Source: Nitrospirota bacterium (GTDB lineage Bacteria > Nitrospirota > UBA9217). Taken from it: a DNA stretch of 64,000 bases. Below are positions 28,425 through 37,538 of this stretch, piece by piece. Numbering within the stretch: the first letter of the stretch is position 1; each line of letters starts with the position of its first letter. The stretch lies in the NCBI GenBank assembly GCA_963845065.1, contig CAWJQQ010000009.1, positions 928,001 through 992,000 of the forward strand, written 5' to 3'. The position numbers and the translations under genes are program-made. The notes beneath the pieces are model-generated. The model was not told where the DNA came from. It searched no databases and saw only the letters and a list, made by a program, of their open reading frames with translations.

Positions 28425-30477
28425 GTTTTGCGAATACCTCTACCCTGTTTTTCCCTTCGTTCTTGGCTCGGTACAGTGCTTTGTCAACGTTGTCAAGCAA
28501 CGTTTCAACCGTTTTCCCGTGTTCGGGATAGCAGGCAACGCCGATGCTGCCTGTAACAGTGTACGATAGAGGAGCGGATTCATCGTTAGCGAGAACCACT
28601 TTCTGTGACACATTGTCTCGTATGCGCTCAGCAATATCCATCGCAACCGTCTTGATGGTCTCGGGCAGAATTACCATGAACTCATCGCCGCCGTATCGTG
28701 CCACGATGTCTATGGACCGTACTGCATTCAACAAGGTGTCTGCCACGGCTTTAAGGACCTTATCGCCGACTGGATGGCCCAAGGTGTCATTACAATATTT
28801 AAACCCGTCGATGTCCAGCATGAGAAGGCCGAAAGTGTGGCCATGACGCGCGGACCGGGCTAATTCATCTTTCAGCCGTTCATGCAGGTACCTTCGGTTC
28901 AGGAGGCCGGTTAGAGAGTCCGTGATAGTAAGCTTTTTGAGTTCTTCAGTTTTATTAATAAACACATTTCGCTCCATGACGACTGCGGCATGGGTGGCGA
29001 ATGATTGAATAAGTTTTAGGTCTTCTTTATTAAACACCTCGCCCGAGGACTTATCCGACAAATTGAGCACACCAATGATGTGGTCATCGATTTTAAGTGG
29101 TATGCTGACAAACGAGCGCGTCTTATAGTGCTTCCTGTTCATTTGGTGTATTCTCGGGTCGATTTCCAGGTTCTCAACGAGGATAGCTTCGCCCGATTGG
29201 GCCACCTTCCCTGCAATTCCTTCACCGCGGTTGATCCTGTGTTTTTCGGACACGCCGTCGATTATACCTTTTTTTGCTTCAAGGAGCAAGGCATCAGTTT
29301 CATGGTCGATCAGCATCAGTGAGCCCTGTTCCGCCTTGAGAAGTTCAGCCGACATGTCAAGGATTGCCTGGAGGAGCTTTTCATAATTCTGGATGGGTGT
29401 TATCGACTTCGTCAGTTCAGAAATGGTAGAAAACTGATCAAACTTTCTATATAATTCTTGTTTTAGTCTGTAGTTTTCTATCGAAAGAGCAGCCTGCCGG
29501 CAGAATGCGGTTATAACCTGCCGGTCATTCTCTTTGAGGCCTCTGTCTCCAATGCGGAGGATAGCCTCGAGTCTTTTATTTACCATGACAGGGAAAAAAT
29601 AGAGGGCACCCATCCCTGACAAGAAATCAGCCCGGGCATCTGCTATCGGCTCTGCCGAAAGGACAAACGCTTTCCCTGAAAGAAGTTCAAGAACAATAGA
29701 ATCATCCTCATTGACACTAAGGATTTCAGGCATTCCCCTGCTCCTCAGAAGGCTGTAGAGACTCGTATATTTTCTTTGCATACGATCAAAAATAAGGATA
29801 GTAATGCTATCGATATCGAGCAGCGAGGACAGTTTGCCGATCATATTTCTATATAGCGATTCAGGCCGTTCTTCGGCGGAAGCACCCCACATTCCGACGA
29901 TCATTTTCAGGCTTTCGAATTTCCTTTTCAGCGAAAGATTTTCTTGAGTGTGTTCTAAAAGGCTGTTCACCCAGTTTGCAACAAATCCGCAAATTTTCCA
30001 GGCTTGCTGGAAGTTAGTAAAGGTGAGCGGTGCCTTTACAGAAATCGTGTCGAGACCGGGGACGGCTTGAACTTGATTCACACTCTCGCGGAAATCCTCA
30101 TACGATGAAAACGATCCTTGCCCCAGAATCACCGCCTTTTCGTTCATATAACTGATGGGCAGGGCGAAACACATGACTTTTGCATAGCATTTGAAGATAT
30201 CGGGCTTTCCGGTTACGAGTGTATTCATGACGAGGGGAAGGCAGTATGCATCGTGTTTCGATTTATATTCGGGTGAGGATGAGCAAAATTCCTGGCACGG
30301 AGGTATTAACCCGATCGGAACGAAGAGGAGTTTTCCGGACTGTGAAAAAACACTCAGGGAAAATCCGAAACTCTCAGAAACGGATGCAAAATGATCCCAC
30401 CATGATTCGTCCTTGATGAGACCTTCCAAGGTATCTTTTGCATCCGTATCCGGCACATCGCCTCCAAGGTAATGCAT
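28414..30477 (-). CDS. Diguanylate cyclase (PocR-like, GAF, GAF, GGDEF)
   Basis: DSLTGLLNRR, DIDGFK, RSIDIVARYGGDEF (RxxD I-site), ALYRAKNEGKN. Confidence 0.95.
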   Translation of the reverse strand: MHYLGGDVPDTDAKDTLEGLIKDESWWDHFASVSESFGFSLSVFSQSGKLLFVPIGLIPPCQEFCSSSPEYKSKHDAYCLPLVMNTLVTGKPDIFKCYAKVMCFALPISYMNEKAVILGQGSFSSYEDFRESVNQVQAVPGLDTISVKAPLTFTNFQQAWKICGFVANWVNSLLEHTQENLSLKRKFESLKMIVGMWGASAEERPESLYRNMIGKLSSLLDIDSITILIFDRMQRKYTSLYSLLRSRGMPEILSVNEDDSIVLELLSGKAFVLSAEPIADARADFLSGMGALYFFPVMVNKRLEAILRIGDRGLKENDRQVITAFCRQAALSIENYRLKQELYRKFDQFSTISELTKSITPIQNYEKLLQAILDMSAELLKAEQGSLMLIDHETDALLLEAKKGIIDGVSEKHRINRGEGIAGKVAQSGEAILVENLEIDPRIHQMNRKHYKTRSFVSIPLKIDDHIIGVLNLSDKSSGEVFNKEDLKLIQSFATHAAVVMERNVFINKTEELKKLTITDSLTGLLNRRYLHERLKDELARSARHGHTFGLLMLDIDGFKYCNDTLGHPVGDKVLKAVADTLLNAVRSIDIVARYGGDEFMVILPETIKTVAMDIAERIRDNVSQKVVLANDESAPLSYTVTGSIGVACYPEHGKTVETLLDNVDKALYRAKNEGKNRVEVFAKHAI

Positions 30478-30802
30478 TTTTACCGTTTGGAAATTATTTG
30501 ATTAACGACCACTAGATGCACGGATGAATACGGCACGCGAAATAATTGCCTTCAGAACTTAAACGTAAACTCCCTAGAAGCCGCAAAGCAGCTAAGTATA
30601 GTAGAATATCCAAGCTTGCGTCCGGGTGTGTGGCATCATTTTACCATGTGTCGGTGCACCATGGCAATCTCCAAAAATCATTGTCTAGAAACCCCGCGCG
30701 AGGAACCCTACAAACTTTAACGGTGGGAGGAAAGTGCTGAACAAATATTTACTACTGCAATATCATAGTGCCTGTACTTCACGACAGTGGAACAGTTACT
30801 GC

Positions 30803-30986
30803 TTGGTTCTTTGAAACCAAAAGCATGTGGTTCCGGCAAAAAGGTTGCCGGATAAAACTTTCGCCCGCTAAGAAGCAGATGCCAAAATGGTGGGTGCTTC
30901 CAACCATTGGAAGAGGAGCAGTAAGACTGTTGATGCTGACAGCAGCTCCGTTTGCATTCCAGAATCCCACATGCTTTAGCAGCGGG
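30803..30986. ncRNA. Candidate structured RNA element (unidentified)
   Basis: Nested inverted repeats: 30820-30830/30967-30977 (11 bp perfect), 30832-30839/30845-30852, 30886-30891/30903-30908, 30915-30919/30945-30949, plus 30864-30869/30981-30986. Confidence 0.45.
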
Positions 30987-31052
30987 AGTACGTCAAAAAA
31001 GCAGGCTCAAAATGTCTTTTCCCATGTTCAGTCGCAACGCGGATCGATTTAA

Positions 31053-32882
31053 TCATTCCACCGTTACGCTTTTCGCAAGGTTCCTCGGCTGATCAACGTC
31101 GCAATTCCTGAGTACTCCTACATGGTATGCAAGCAGCTGTAGGGGAATAACGTTAATAAAAGGGGTGAACAGCGGATGTGTCGCCGGGACCCTGATAATA
31201 TCATCAGCTTTGTTTCGCAGCGCCTCGGGAGCATCCGTTACTGCAATGACCCGGCCACCACGTGCTTTTACTTCTTCAATATTGGAAAACATCTTCTCGA
31301 AAAGATCGTTTGATGGGGCCAGAACCACGACGGGCAATCCGTTTTCGATCAGCGCGATAGGCCCGTGTTTCATCTCGCCGGCAGGATATCCTTCAGCGTG
31401 GATATATGATATTTCTTTCAATTTCAAAGCTCCTTCAAGGGCGATAGGATAGTTGATTCCCCGCGCAAGATAGAGAAAGTCCTTTGCTTGGGTCAGAGAA
31501 CGGGCTAGTTCCTTGATTTCAGCGTCTTTCTGAAGTGTTTTTTCAACGAGAGCCGGGACATCCAAAAGGTACGACTGTAGAGTGTTTAATTCGTTCTTTT
31601 TTAGACGGTTTCGTCCATATGCCATACCGAGGGCAAGGAGACACAGAGCGGCAAGTTGGGAGGTAAAAGTTTTCGTTGATGCTACGCCGATTTCCGGACC
31701 GCTTCGTGTATACAGAACCGACTGAGCTTCCCTGGTCGACGTGCTTCCCACGACATTGCAGATTGTGAGGGTCCGAGCGCCCATACGCTGCGCTTCGCGC
31801 TGCGCGGCAAGGGTGTCGGCTGTTTCACCCGATTGTGTAATGGATATGAAGAGAGTATTGTTTTCGATGATCGGACTCCGGTAGCGATACTCCGAGGCAA
31901 TCTCGACATCCACAGGAATGCCCGCCAGACGCTCGATCAGGTACTTGCCAATCAGCCCGGCATGGTACGACGTACCGCAGGATACGATGTGCAGCTTGCG
32001 TATGGCTGCCTTCCGCTGCAGCTGTATGCCTAAATCCAACATCAAATTCAAGGGATCTTCGAGTCGCTCTCCTATGGTATTCTTTATGGCCTGGGGCTGT
32101 TCATAGATTTCCTTATGCATGAAGTGATCATGCCCTGCCTTCTCAGCCATGGCAGGTGACCAGTCGATAGTTACAACCTTGGCCCCGGAGGTAATAACGG
32201 CATCCGTTTCGATTTGGCGCACATCCATGTCATGTCCGGTGAGTGTGCATATTTGTTCGTCTTCCATGAAGATGAACTTCTGGGTGTAGGGAAGAATCGC
32301 TGGAATGTCCGAGGCAAAATAAAATTCCTCATTACCGACGCCGAGAACGAGCGGGCTTCCTTTTCTTACTGCAAAGAGCGTGTTGGGGCTCTGTTGACAC
32401 ATGATCCCGAGGGCATAGGATCCGCGCAGCTGCTTTAGGGCTGAGCGGATTGCTTGTCTGACGGGGAGACCCATCCTCAAGTATTTCGCTATAAGCTGGG
32501 GAACGATCTCTGTGTCGGTTTCAGACAAAAACTGTTGGCCCTCGCTTTCCAGATTCGCTCTCAGTTCCCGATAATTTTCGATGATCCCGTTGTGTACCAC
32601 GGCGATGCCTTCAACGACGTGCGGATGAGCATTCAATGTGGACGGAGCACCATGGGTCGCCCACCGTGTGTGGCCAAGACCGGCAGTGATAGCGGGCGAC
32701 GGATCAGGGAGGATCAGCTTAAGGTCCTTAAGCCTCCCTTTGGTTTTGTAAACCTCTAACCCGTGGCCGTTCTGGTAAGCAACACCTGCCGAGTCGTATC
32801 CACGGTATTCCAGTCTCTTCAGTCCGTCAACGATTACCTGGAGAGAACCGGCTTTGCCTACATAGCCGACGATTCCGCACAT
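31053..32882 (-). CDS. glmS: Glutamine-fructose-6-phosphate transaminase
   Basis: MCGIVG, LEYRGYDSAG, GHTRWATHG, QSGETADT, PRNLAKSVTVE. Confidence 0.99.
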   Translation of the reverse strand: MCGIVGYVGKAGSLQVIVDGLKRLEYRGYDSAGVAYQNGHGLEVYKTKGRLKDLKLILPDPSPAITAGLGHTRWATHGAPSTLNAHPHVVEGIAVVHNGIIENYRELRANLESEGQQFLSETDTEIVPQLIAKYLRMGLPVRQAIRSALKQLRGSYALGIMCQQSPNTLFAVRKGSPLVLGVGNEEFYFASDIPAILPYTQKFIFMEDEQICTLTGHDMDVRQIETDAVITSGAKVVTIDWSPAMAEKAGHDHFMHKEIYEQPQAIKNTIGERLEDPLNLMLDLGIQLQRKAAIRKLHIVSCGTSYHAGLIGKYLIERLAGIPVDVEIASEYRYRSPIIENNTLFISITQSGETADTLAAQREAQRMGARTLTICNVVGSTSTREAQSVLYTRSGPEIGVASTKTFTSQLAALCLLALGMAYGRNRLKKNELNTLQSYLLDVPALVEKTLQKDAEIKELARSLTQAKDFLYLARGINYPIALEGALKLKEISYIHAEGYPAGEMKHGPIALIENGLPVVVLAPSNDLFEKMFSNIEEVKARGGRVIAVTDAPEALRNKADDIIRVPATHPLFTPFINVIPLQLLAYHVGVLRNCDVDQPRNLAKSVTVE

Positions 32883-33001
32883 GGTTTAGGACCTCCTCCT
32901 TATCATCTGACTATCTCTTTTCTAGCATCGCAGGCTGCCTGAAGCTATCTGAACGCTATTCCCAGCAAACCTCATTGACCGGTCATCACGGCAACGGATT
33001 T

Positions 33002-34324
33002 CTATTCAAGCCCCTGCTTTATCCCGACAGCGTTAAGGTAGTTGGCCGTAAAGATATAATCGTCGATGTAATCCGGCTTGCCGTCGTTGTTCGCGGCCGC
33101 GCGTTTTTCCTTGAGATATTGTATAAAATCGGCTTCAGTCCATGACCCCGACCGGACATGATGCACATTGACTTTAGGCGATATGGCCAGGGGGAATATC
33201 AACTTTAAACCGCCCAGTGAAATGGCAAGACTCGCCTGATAAGTGCCTTTTTCCGGCATGAGCTCAGCAATCCAGGTGTTGGTATTTTCTGGATCTTTTT
33301 TCAGGGAAATCAATCTGGCCCCCGTGACGGCCATGTTGGACGCAAGGTTCGCCTTCGGCGTACTCACGAATATGACGCGGACTATGGATTTGCCGTCCGA
33401 AATCGAAACCGGCGGCTCCTGGCGGCAGCCAATCATGCTTTCATTTTCAAAAAGGGATACTAGGGCTGAAATGGTCCGCTCTCCCTTATATTCTTTAAAA
33501 CGATCGAGGACGCTTTTTTGCGTATAGATCGTTTTCCTGGTGGTCTTCGGAATTCCCGAGCCATCTGCGGTGACTGCGGGCTCGGTTTTTTGCGAAAGTC
33601 CTGCAGGTCCCTGCACAGTGGAACCCGCATTGTCCGGTTCGGAAGGCTGTGCGTTTTGGCCACTGACGCTAGCTACATCCGCTATTTTGTTGCTTTCCTG
33701 GGCCGTCGGCGGCTGCCCGGCAATGACAACCGTCGAAGGAATGATGTTAGAAACCGACGAGGTTGCCGGTGTTCCGGCTACTACTGGCGGCGTCGCTATT
33801 CCTGAGGGTATGTTTTGGCCTTGCGGCGTAGCTGGAGCATTATTTGCCAAGTCTACCGGATTATTGTTTGCCGCGTCTACCGGATTGCTGATCTGAGCCA
33901 ATGCCGAAAGAGGAGATCCTTTGATATTGGCCAGCTTGACAGTCATCGAAGCGATGCTCCCGGGAGACGTGCCTAGCAGATCAAAGGACAAGGTCGCAAT
34001 GACGCCGCTGCCGTTAATCGGTGTAAGCCGGATAATATCCATGTGCACCGTGCCCGGGAGGTTCTGGTTGATTGCGGTCATGGCTCCGGAAATGAGCGGT
34101 CCTTCAACAACCTGGGGATTGGCGAGCGTATTCGTATCGTACTGAATGTTGACATCAAGTGCTGCCGCATTCTCAATTCCTATACCCTGGAGCAAAAAAA
34201 CCCCGTCCCCCCCCGATGATATCGACACCGTTGACACCGCGAAGGCAGACAGCGGCAGGCACATCATAAGGATGAACACTATGGTAATGAAACGGCAGAG
34301 AGATCTGATTTGTTTACGTTTCAT
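33002..34324 (-). CDS. Secreted cohesin-domain protein with Pro/Thr/Ser linker and C-terminal dockerin/EF-hand-like loop
   Basis: Signal peptide (LSAFA); AAALDVNIQYDTNTL...GSGVIATLSF cohesin-like pattern; C-terminal NNDGKPDYIDDYIFTANY; ATG 34324 preferred. Confidence 0.7.
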   Translation of the reverse strand: MKRKQIRSLCRFITIVFILMMCLPLSAFAVSTVSISSGGDGVFLLQGIGIENAAALDVNIQYDTNTLANPQVVEGPLISGAMTAINQNLPGTVHMDIIRLTPINGSGVIATLSFDLLGTSPGSIASMTVKLANIKGSPLSALAQISNPVDAANNNPVDLANNAPATPQGQNIPSGIATPPVVAGTPATSSVSNIIPSTVVIAGQPPTAQESNKIADVASVSGQNAQPSEPDNAGSTVQGPAGLSQKTEPAVTADGSGIPKTTRKTIYTQKSVLDRFKEYKGERTISALVSLFENESMIGCRQEPPVSISDGKSIVRVIFVSTPKANLASNMAVTGARLISLKKDPENTNTWIAELMPEKGTYQASLAISLGGLKLIFPLAISPKVNVHHVRSGSWTEADFIQYLKEKRAAANNDGKPDYIDDYIFTANYLNAVGIKQGLE

Positions 34325-34366
34325 GCTTACACCTCTCAACTTTTTTCTATTGGTTTATGGATGCAT

Positions 34367-34392
34367 GACACGGTTTGATTACAAACCGTGTC
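34367..34392. promoter_or_regulatory. Perfect 11-bp inverted repeat upstream of the cohesin gene
   Basis: GACACGGTTTG-ATTA-CAAACCGTGTC. Confidence 0.5.
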
Positions 34393-35146
34393 CTAAGGTA
34401 ATTCGAATATCCTGGTCCTGCTGGCGAGCCTAGGCTAGAGCCAGTGACTAATCTGAGATCCACAACAATTAACGAATGAAATTATCCGCAAATGCTCAAT
34501 ATTATGTGCATTGCACCGGTGTCCGAACCTCAGTTGTTCGGTTTATCACCCATAGACTCCAGTTCTCGCCGAAGGACTCAACTTGACGGCTGGAACAGCC
34601 AGACGCCTCATCGCGGTGCTTAATCTGCAACTAAACAGTAATTCTTGTTGCCTCCCCGTGCAATTTTTTAATCAAGGGCGAAATATATTATTTGTACGCC
34701 TTTTACCCTACACAGAATCAATACAGCAAGAATTATACCGTTATAAACAGACAGTCCAGCAATGTATTTTGGAAAGGTGTTGAGAAAAAAACACACAATA
34801 AAAAAATGATCAAAACGTAGAACCGCTTGATAATGCTGACGCAGTTGTTGTCTTCGCAACAAATTGTTTATCATACGATACTTGTTGTCAGATAGGGAGC
34901 TTTATTAGAAAATGGCCATTCACCGTTTGCGCCGCAGTCAAGATAGCCCTACTGTCGAGAAAATTGACTCTAAAAGAAACATTAATACTTCTGATGAGCT
35001 TGATTTTGAAGGCGTTAAGAACACTGTTTCCTGTGGATACAGGCGGGCCAGTGGCAGATCACTCCGATTGTATACTTGTGATACACAAAGCACTAAAAAC
35101 ATTTGTGTTCCTTCTCCAAAAGCCATAAAAACAGGCGAAATTCTGC

Positions 35147-35161
35147 AGGCATTGAAATTGC
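35147..35161 (+). promoter_or_regulatory. Probable sigma54 promoter of the EPS operon
   Basis: AGGCAT-TGAAA-TTGC, GG-N10-GC. Confidence 0.6.
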
Positions 35162-35176
35162 TTTATGCAATACAGT

Positions 35177-35533
35177 ATGAAGAATAAAAAGATATTAATC
35201 GCTGATGAAGCAGGCTTTTGCCGGATTTGCGCCGCTATCCTTGAACAGGAAGGATATCGGACGATTACGGTCGATGATGCCCATCAGTTTGATCGGGGAT
35301 TGGCCGGTGACGACCTCGGATTGATCATTACAAGCTACCCCTACGGCGCAGGTCTTCTGAAAAAACTGAAGAATAGGAATATCCCTATCATCATCCTGCT
35401 GGATCAGATGAGCAGGGAACTATTGCTGACACTGGACGATCTCGACAAGAAGCTGTCGCACTGCATGATAAAGCCTCTTGATTACAACAAGTTCAGGACA
35501 CTAGTGAACCAGACCATGTACCGAGATGTCTGA
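35177..35533 (+). CDS. Atypical (pseudo)receiver-domain protein
   Basis: ILIADE, LIITSYP (Ser where Asp is expected), MIKPLD; start uncertain. Confidence 0.78.
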   Translation: MKNKKILIADEAGFCRICAAILEQEGYRTITVDDAHQFDRGLAGDDLGLIITSYPYGAGLLKKLKNRNIPIIILLDQMSRELLLTLDDLDKKLSHCMIKPLDYNKFRTLVNQTMYRDV

Positions 35534-35676
35534 AAGACAGGCATTGTGGGGAAGCATACCGTATTGCCCTAGGGCCACATTTTCCGCACTGTACAACGGG
35601 ATGAAGGGGAATTAAAGAGTAGCCGGGTTCCGGCAGACCCGGGGAGAAAACCCATCGAGGGAGTGCACAAGGATCT

Positions 35677-36570
35677 ATGTATGAAACTTTTTTCAATCTG
35701 AAGGTAAAGCCTTTTGAACTCGTGCCCAACCCGTCTTTTATCTATATGAGCAAGAGCCATAAAAAGGCGATGCATTATCTGTATTACGGGATCAGGGAAA
35801 AAGCGGGCTTTATCCTGCTTACGGGAGAGGTTGGTTCCGGAAAAACGACCATTATCAGTGATCTTATTAAGCAGGTCGATCCAAATGTAACGCTTGCACG
35901 GCTTTTCAATACCAAGGTCTCGTTCCCTCAACTGCTTGCGATGATCAATGACGACTTTGGTCTCGATATAAAGGGTAAGGATGAGATTATCCTGATGAAG
36001 GAGCTAAACGATTTTCTGATTGACCAGCACATCAGGGGATACAACACTGTGCTGATCATAGATGAAGCGCAGAACCTCAAACCAGAACTACTTGAGGAAA
36101 TCCGGATGCTGTCGAACCTGGAAACTGATACATCAAAATTGATGCAAATCGTGCTGGTCGGACAACCCGAGCTTCGGCATATCCTTGCAAGGCCCGAAAT
36201 GAGACAACTGCGGCAGCGAATCAGTGTCAGCTGCCGTCTTCAACCCCTAACCAGGGTGGAAACCGAAGAGTATATCTATCACCGCCTCGAGGTCGCTGGC
36301 AACCGCAATGCGGTTACGTTCACAGACGGCTGCATGGATATCATCTTTCGGCATTGCAGAGGGATTCCCCGATTGGTGAATATTCTCTGCGATTTCGTTT
36401 TATTGACCGCCTTTATAGAGGAATTAACGAAGGTAGATACCGACATGCTCAACGATGTCGCCAAGGATCTCGATTTTAACAGGCTATACTGGGGTTCAGA
36501 AAAGTCGATGCGCCAGGATAAGATCACCCCGGCTGCCCTCATGGATGCGCTGGACACGCCGGAGCCATAG
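35677..36570 (+). CDS. ExeA-like AAA ATPase (PEP-CTERM/EPS locus-associated type)
   Basis: MYETFFNLKVKPFEL, GEVGSGKT, IIDEAQNL, LVGQPEL, GIPRLVNILCD. Confidence 0.93.
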   Translation: MYETFFNLKVKPFELVPNPSFIYMSKSHKKAMHYLYYGIREKAGFILLTGEVGSGKTTIISDLIKQVDPNVTLARLFNTKVSFPQLLAMINDDFGLDIKGKDEIILMKELNDFLIDQHIRGYNTVLIIDEAQNLKPELLEEIRMLSNLETDTSKLMQIVLVGQPELRHILARPEMRQLRQRISVSCRLQPLTRVETEEYIYHRLEVAGNRNAVTFTDGCMDIIFRHCRGIPRLVNILCDFVLLTAFIEELTKVDTDMLNDVAKDLDFNRLYWGSEKSMRQDKITPAALMDALDTPEP

Positions 36571-36577
36571 AACGTGA

Positions 36578-37210
36578 TTGCAGGGCGGCAGCATAACCGC
36601 AGACCCTGCGGCGGACGAAAACCACCGGGAGGATTGCAACGTGGCATACCAGGTTCTCGATCATGCAATTGCAGAATACGAACCGACAGCGATGCAGGCG
36701 GCGACTGCATCCACTTGTCCATGGTATGTCGTATACGTTAAATCGCGCCATGAATTCGTCGTACATGACGAACTACTTCGGAAAGGCATTGAGGCATTAT
36801 TGCCATCCTTCAGGAAGAGCAGCCAATGGAAAGACCGGAGGAAGATGATCGAATATCCCGTTTTCCCGGGATATGTCTTTGTCAAGGTTCCGGCCTATCC
36901 CGGCGCGTTTCTTTATGTACTCAAGACGCGGGGGGTTGTGACGTTCGTCTCCCTTGAGGCATCCACGCCGACACCTGTGGACCCGGAAGAGATTGCATCG
37001 CTCAGGCTTTTAATCGCGAGCGGTAAGAATATCGAAATTTATCCGCATTTGAAAGAAGGTACGCGGGTACGCGTAAAGAATGGGCCTCTCCAGAATGCTG
37101 AAGGCGTCCTGAGCAAGAAAGAAAACGATTATCTTTTTTCGGTCAATGTGGAGCTGCTCGGCAGGAGTGTCGCGGTAAAGATCTCCGCGGAGGATATTGA
37201 ATCGGCATAA
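36578..37210 (+). CDS. UpxY/NusG-family transcription antiterminator (true start probably downstream, e.g. 36692)
   Basis: WYVVYVKSRHE, WKDRRKMIEYPVFPGYVFV, KOW GTRVRVKNGPL. Confidence 0.9.
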   Translation: MQGGSITADPAADENHREDCNVAYQVLDHAIAEYEPTAMQAATASTCPWYVVYVKSRHEFVVHDELLRKGIEALLPSFRKSSQWKDRRKMIEYPVFPGYVFVKVPAYPGAFLYVLKTRGVVTFVSLEASTPTPVDPEEIASLRLLIASGKNIEIYPHLKEGTRVRVKNGPLQNAEGVLSKKENDYLFSVNVELLGRSVAVKISAEDIESA

Positions 37211-37538
37211 GCTTTCAGGCCTCGCTCAGATATGCGCGCTGCCGCTAAACCGCGCTTCGAAGAGTCAGGGCGATTTGTGTTGGTTGTACATTTGTAACCG
37301 GAGGGGCGGAGCATTGAAAGATGGGTACGATTCGGCAGTTGATGCTCAAAGGAACATTCAGTTGCAGAAAATTCAGCAGCCGGAGCCGGCAACAAAGAGC
37401 CGATGGCATCAGAAACATACCAAGAGCTATGAACCCGCGTGTTTCATGTTGCATGGCAGGAGAAACAGCCATTTTGGGGCCCCGAGCAGTGAGCGATGTG
37501 GAAGGCGGAACATCACGAAAGGATATGATTAGGCATCT

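Noticed and set aside
30555..30640. c-di-GMP-I riboswitch suggested by GTAAAC...GCCGCAAAG
   Set aside because: No supporting P2 GNRA hairpin or P3, and it is on the opposite strand to the DGC transcript
30756..30773. Minus-strand sigma54-like AGGCAC...TTGCA upstream of the DGC
   Set aside because: GG-GC spacing is 12 nt, not the required 10
30990..31110. Tn7 insertion at attTn7 downstream of glmS
   Set aside because: The glmS 3' end is present, but no Tn7-like ends or tns genes follow
32883..33001. glmS ribozyme
   Set aside because: The upstream gap is only ~120 nt and has no recognisable ribozyme core
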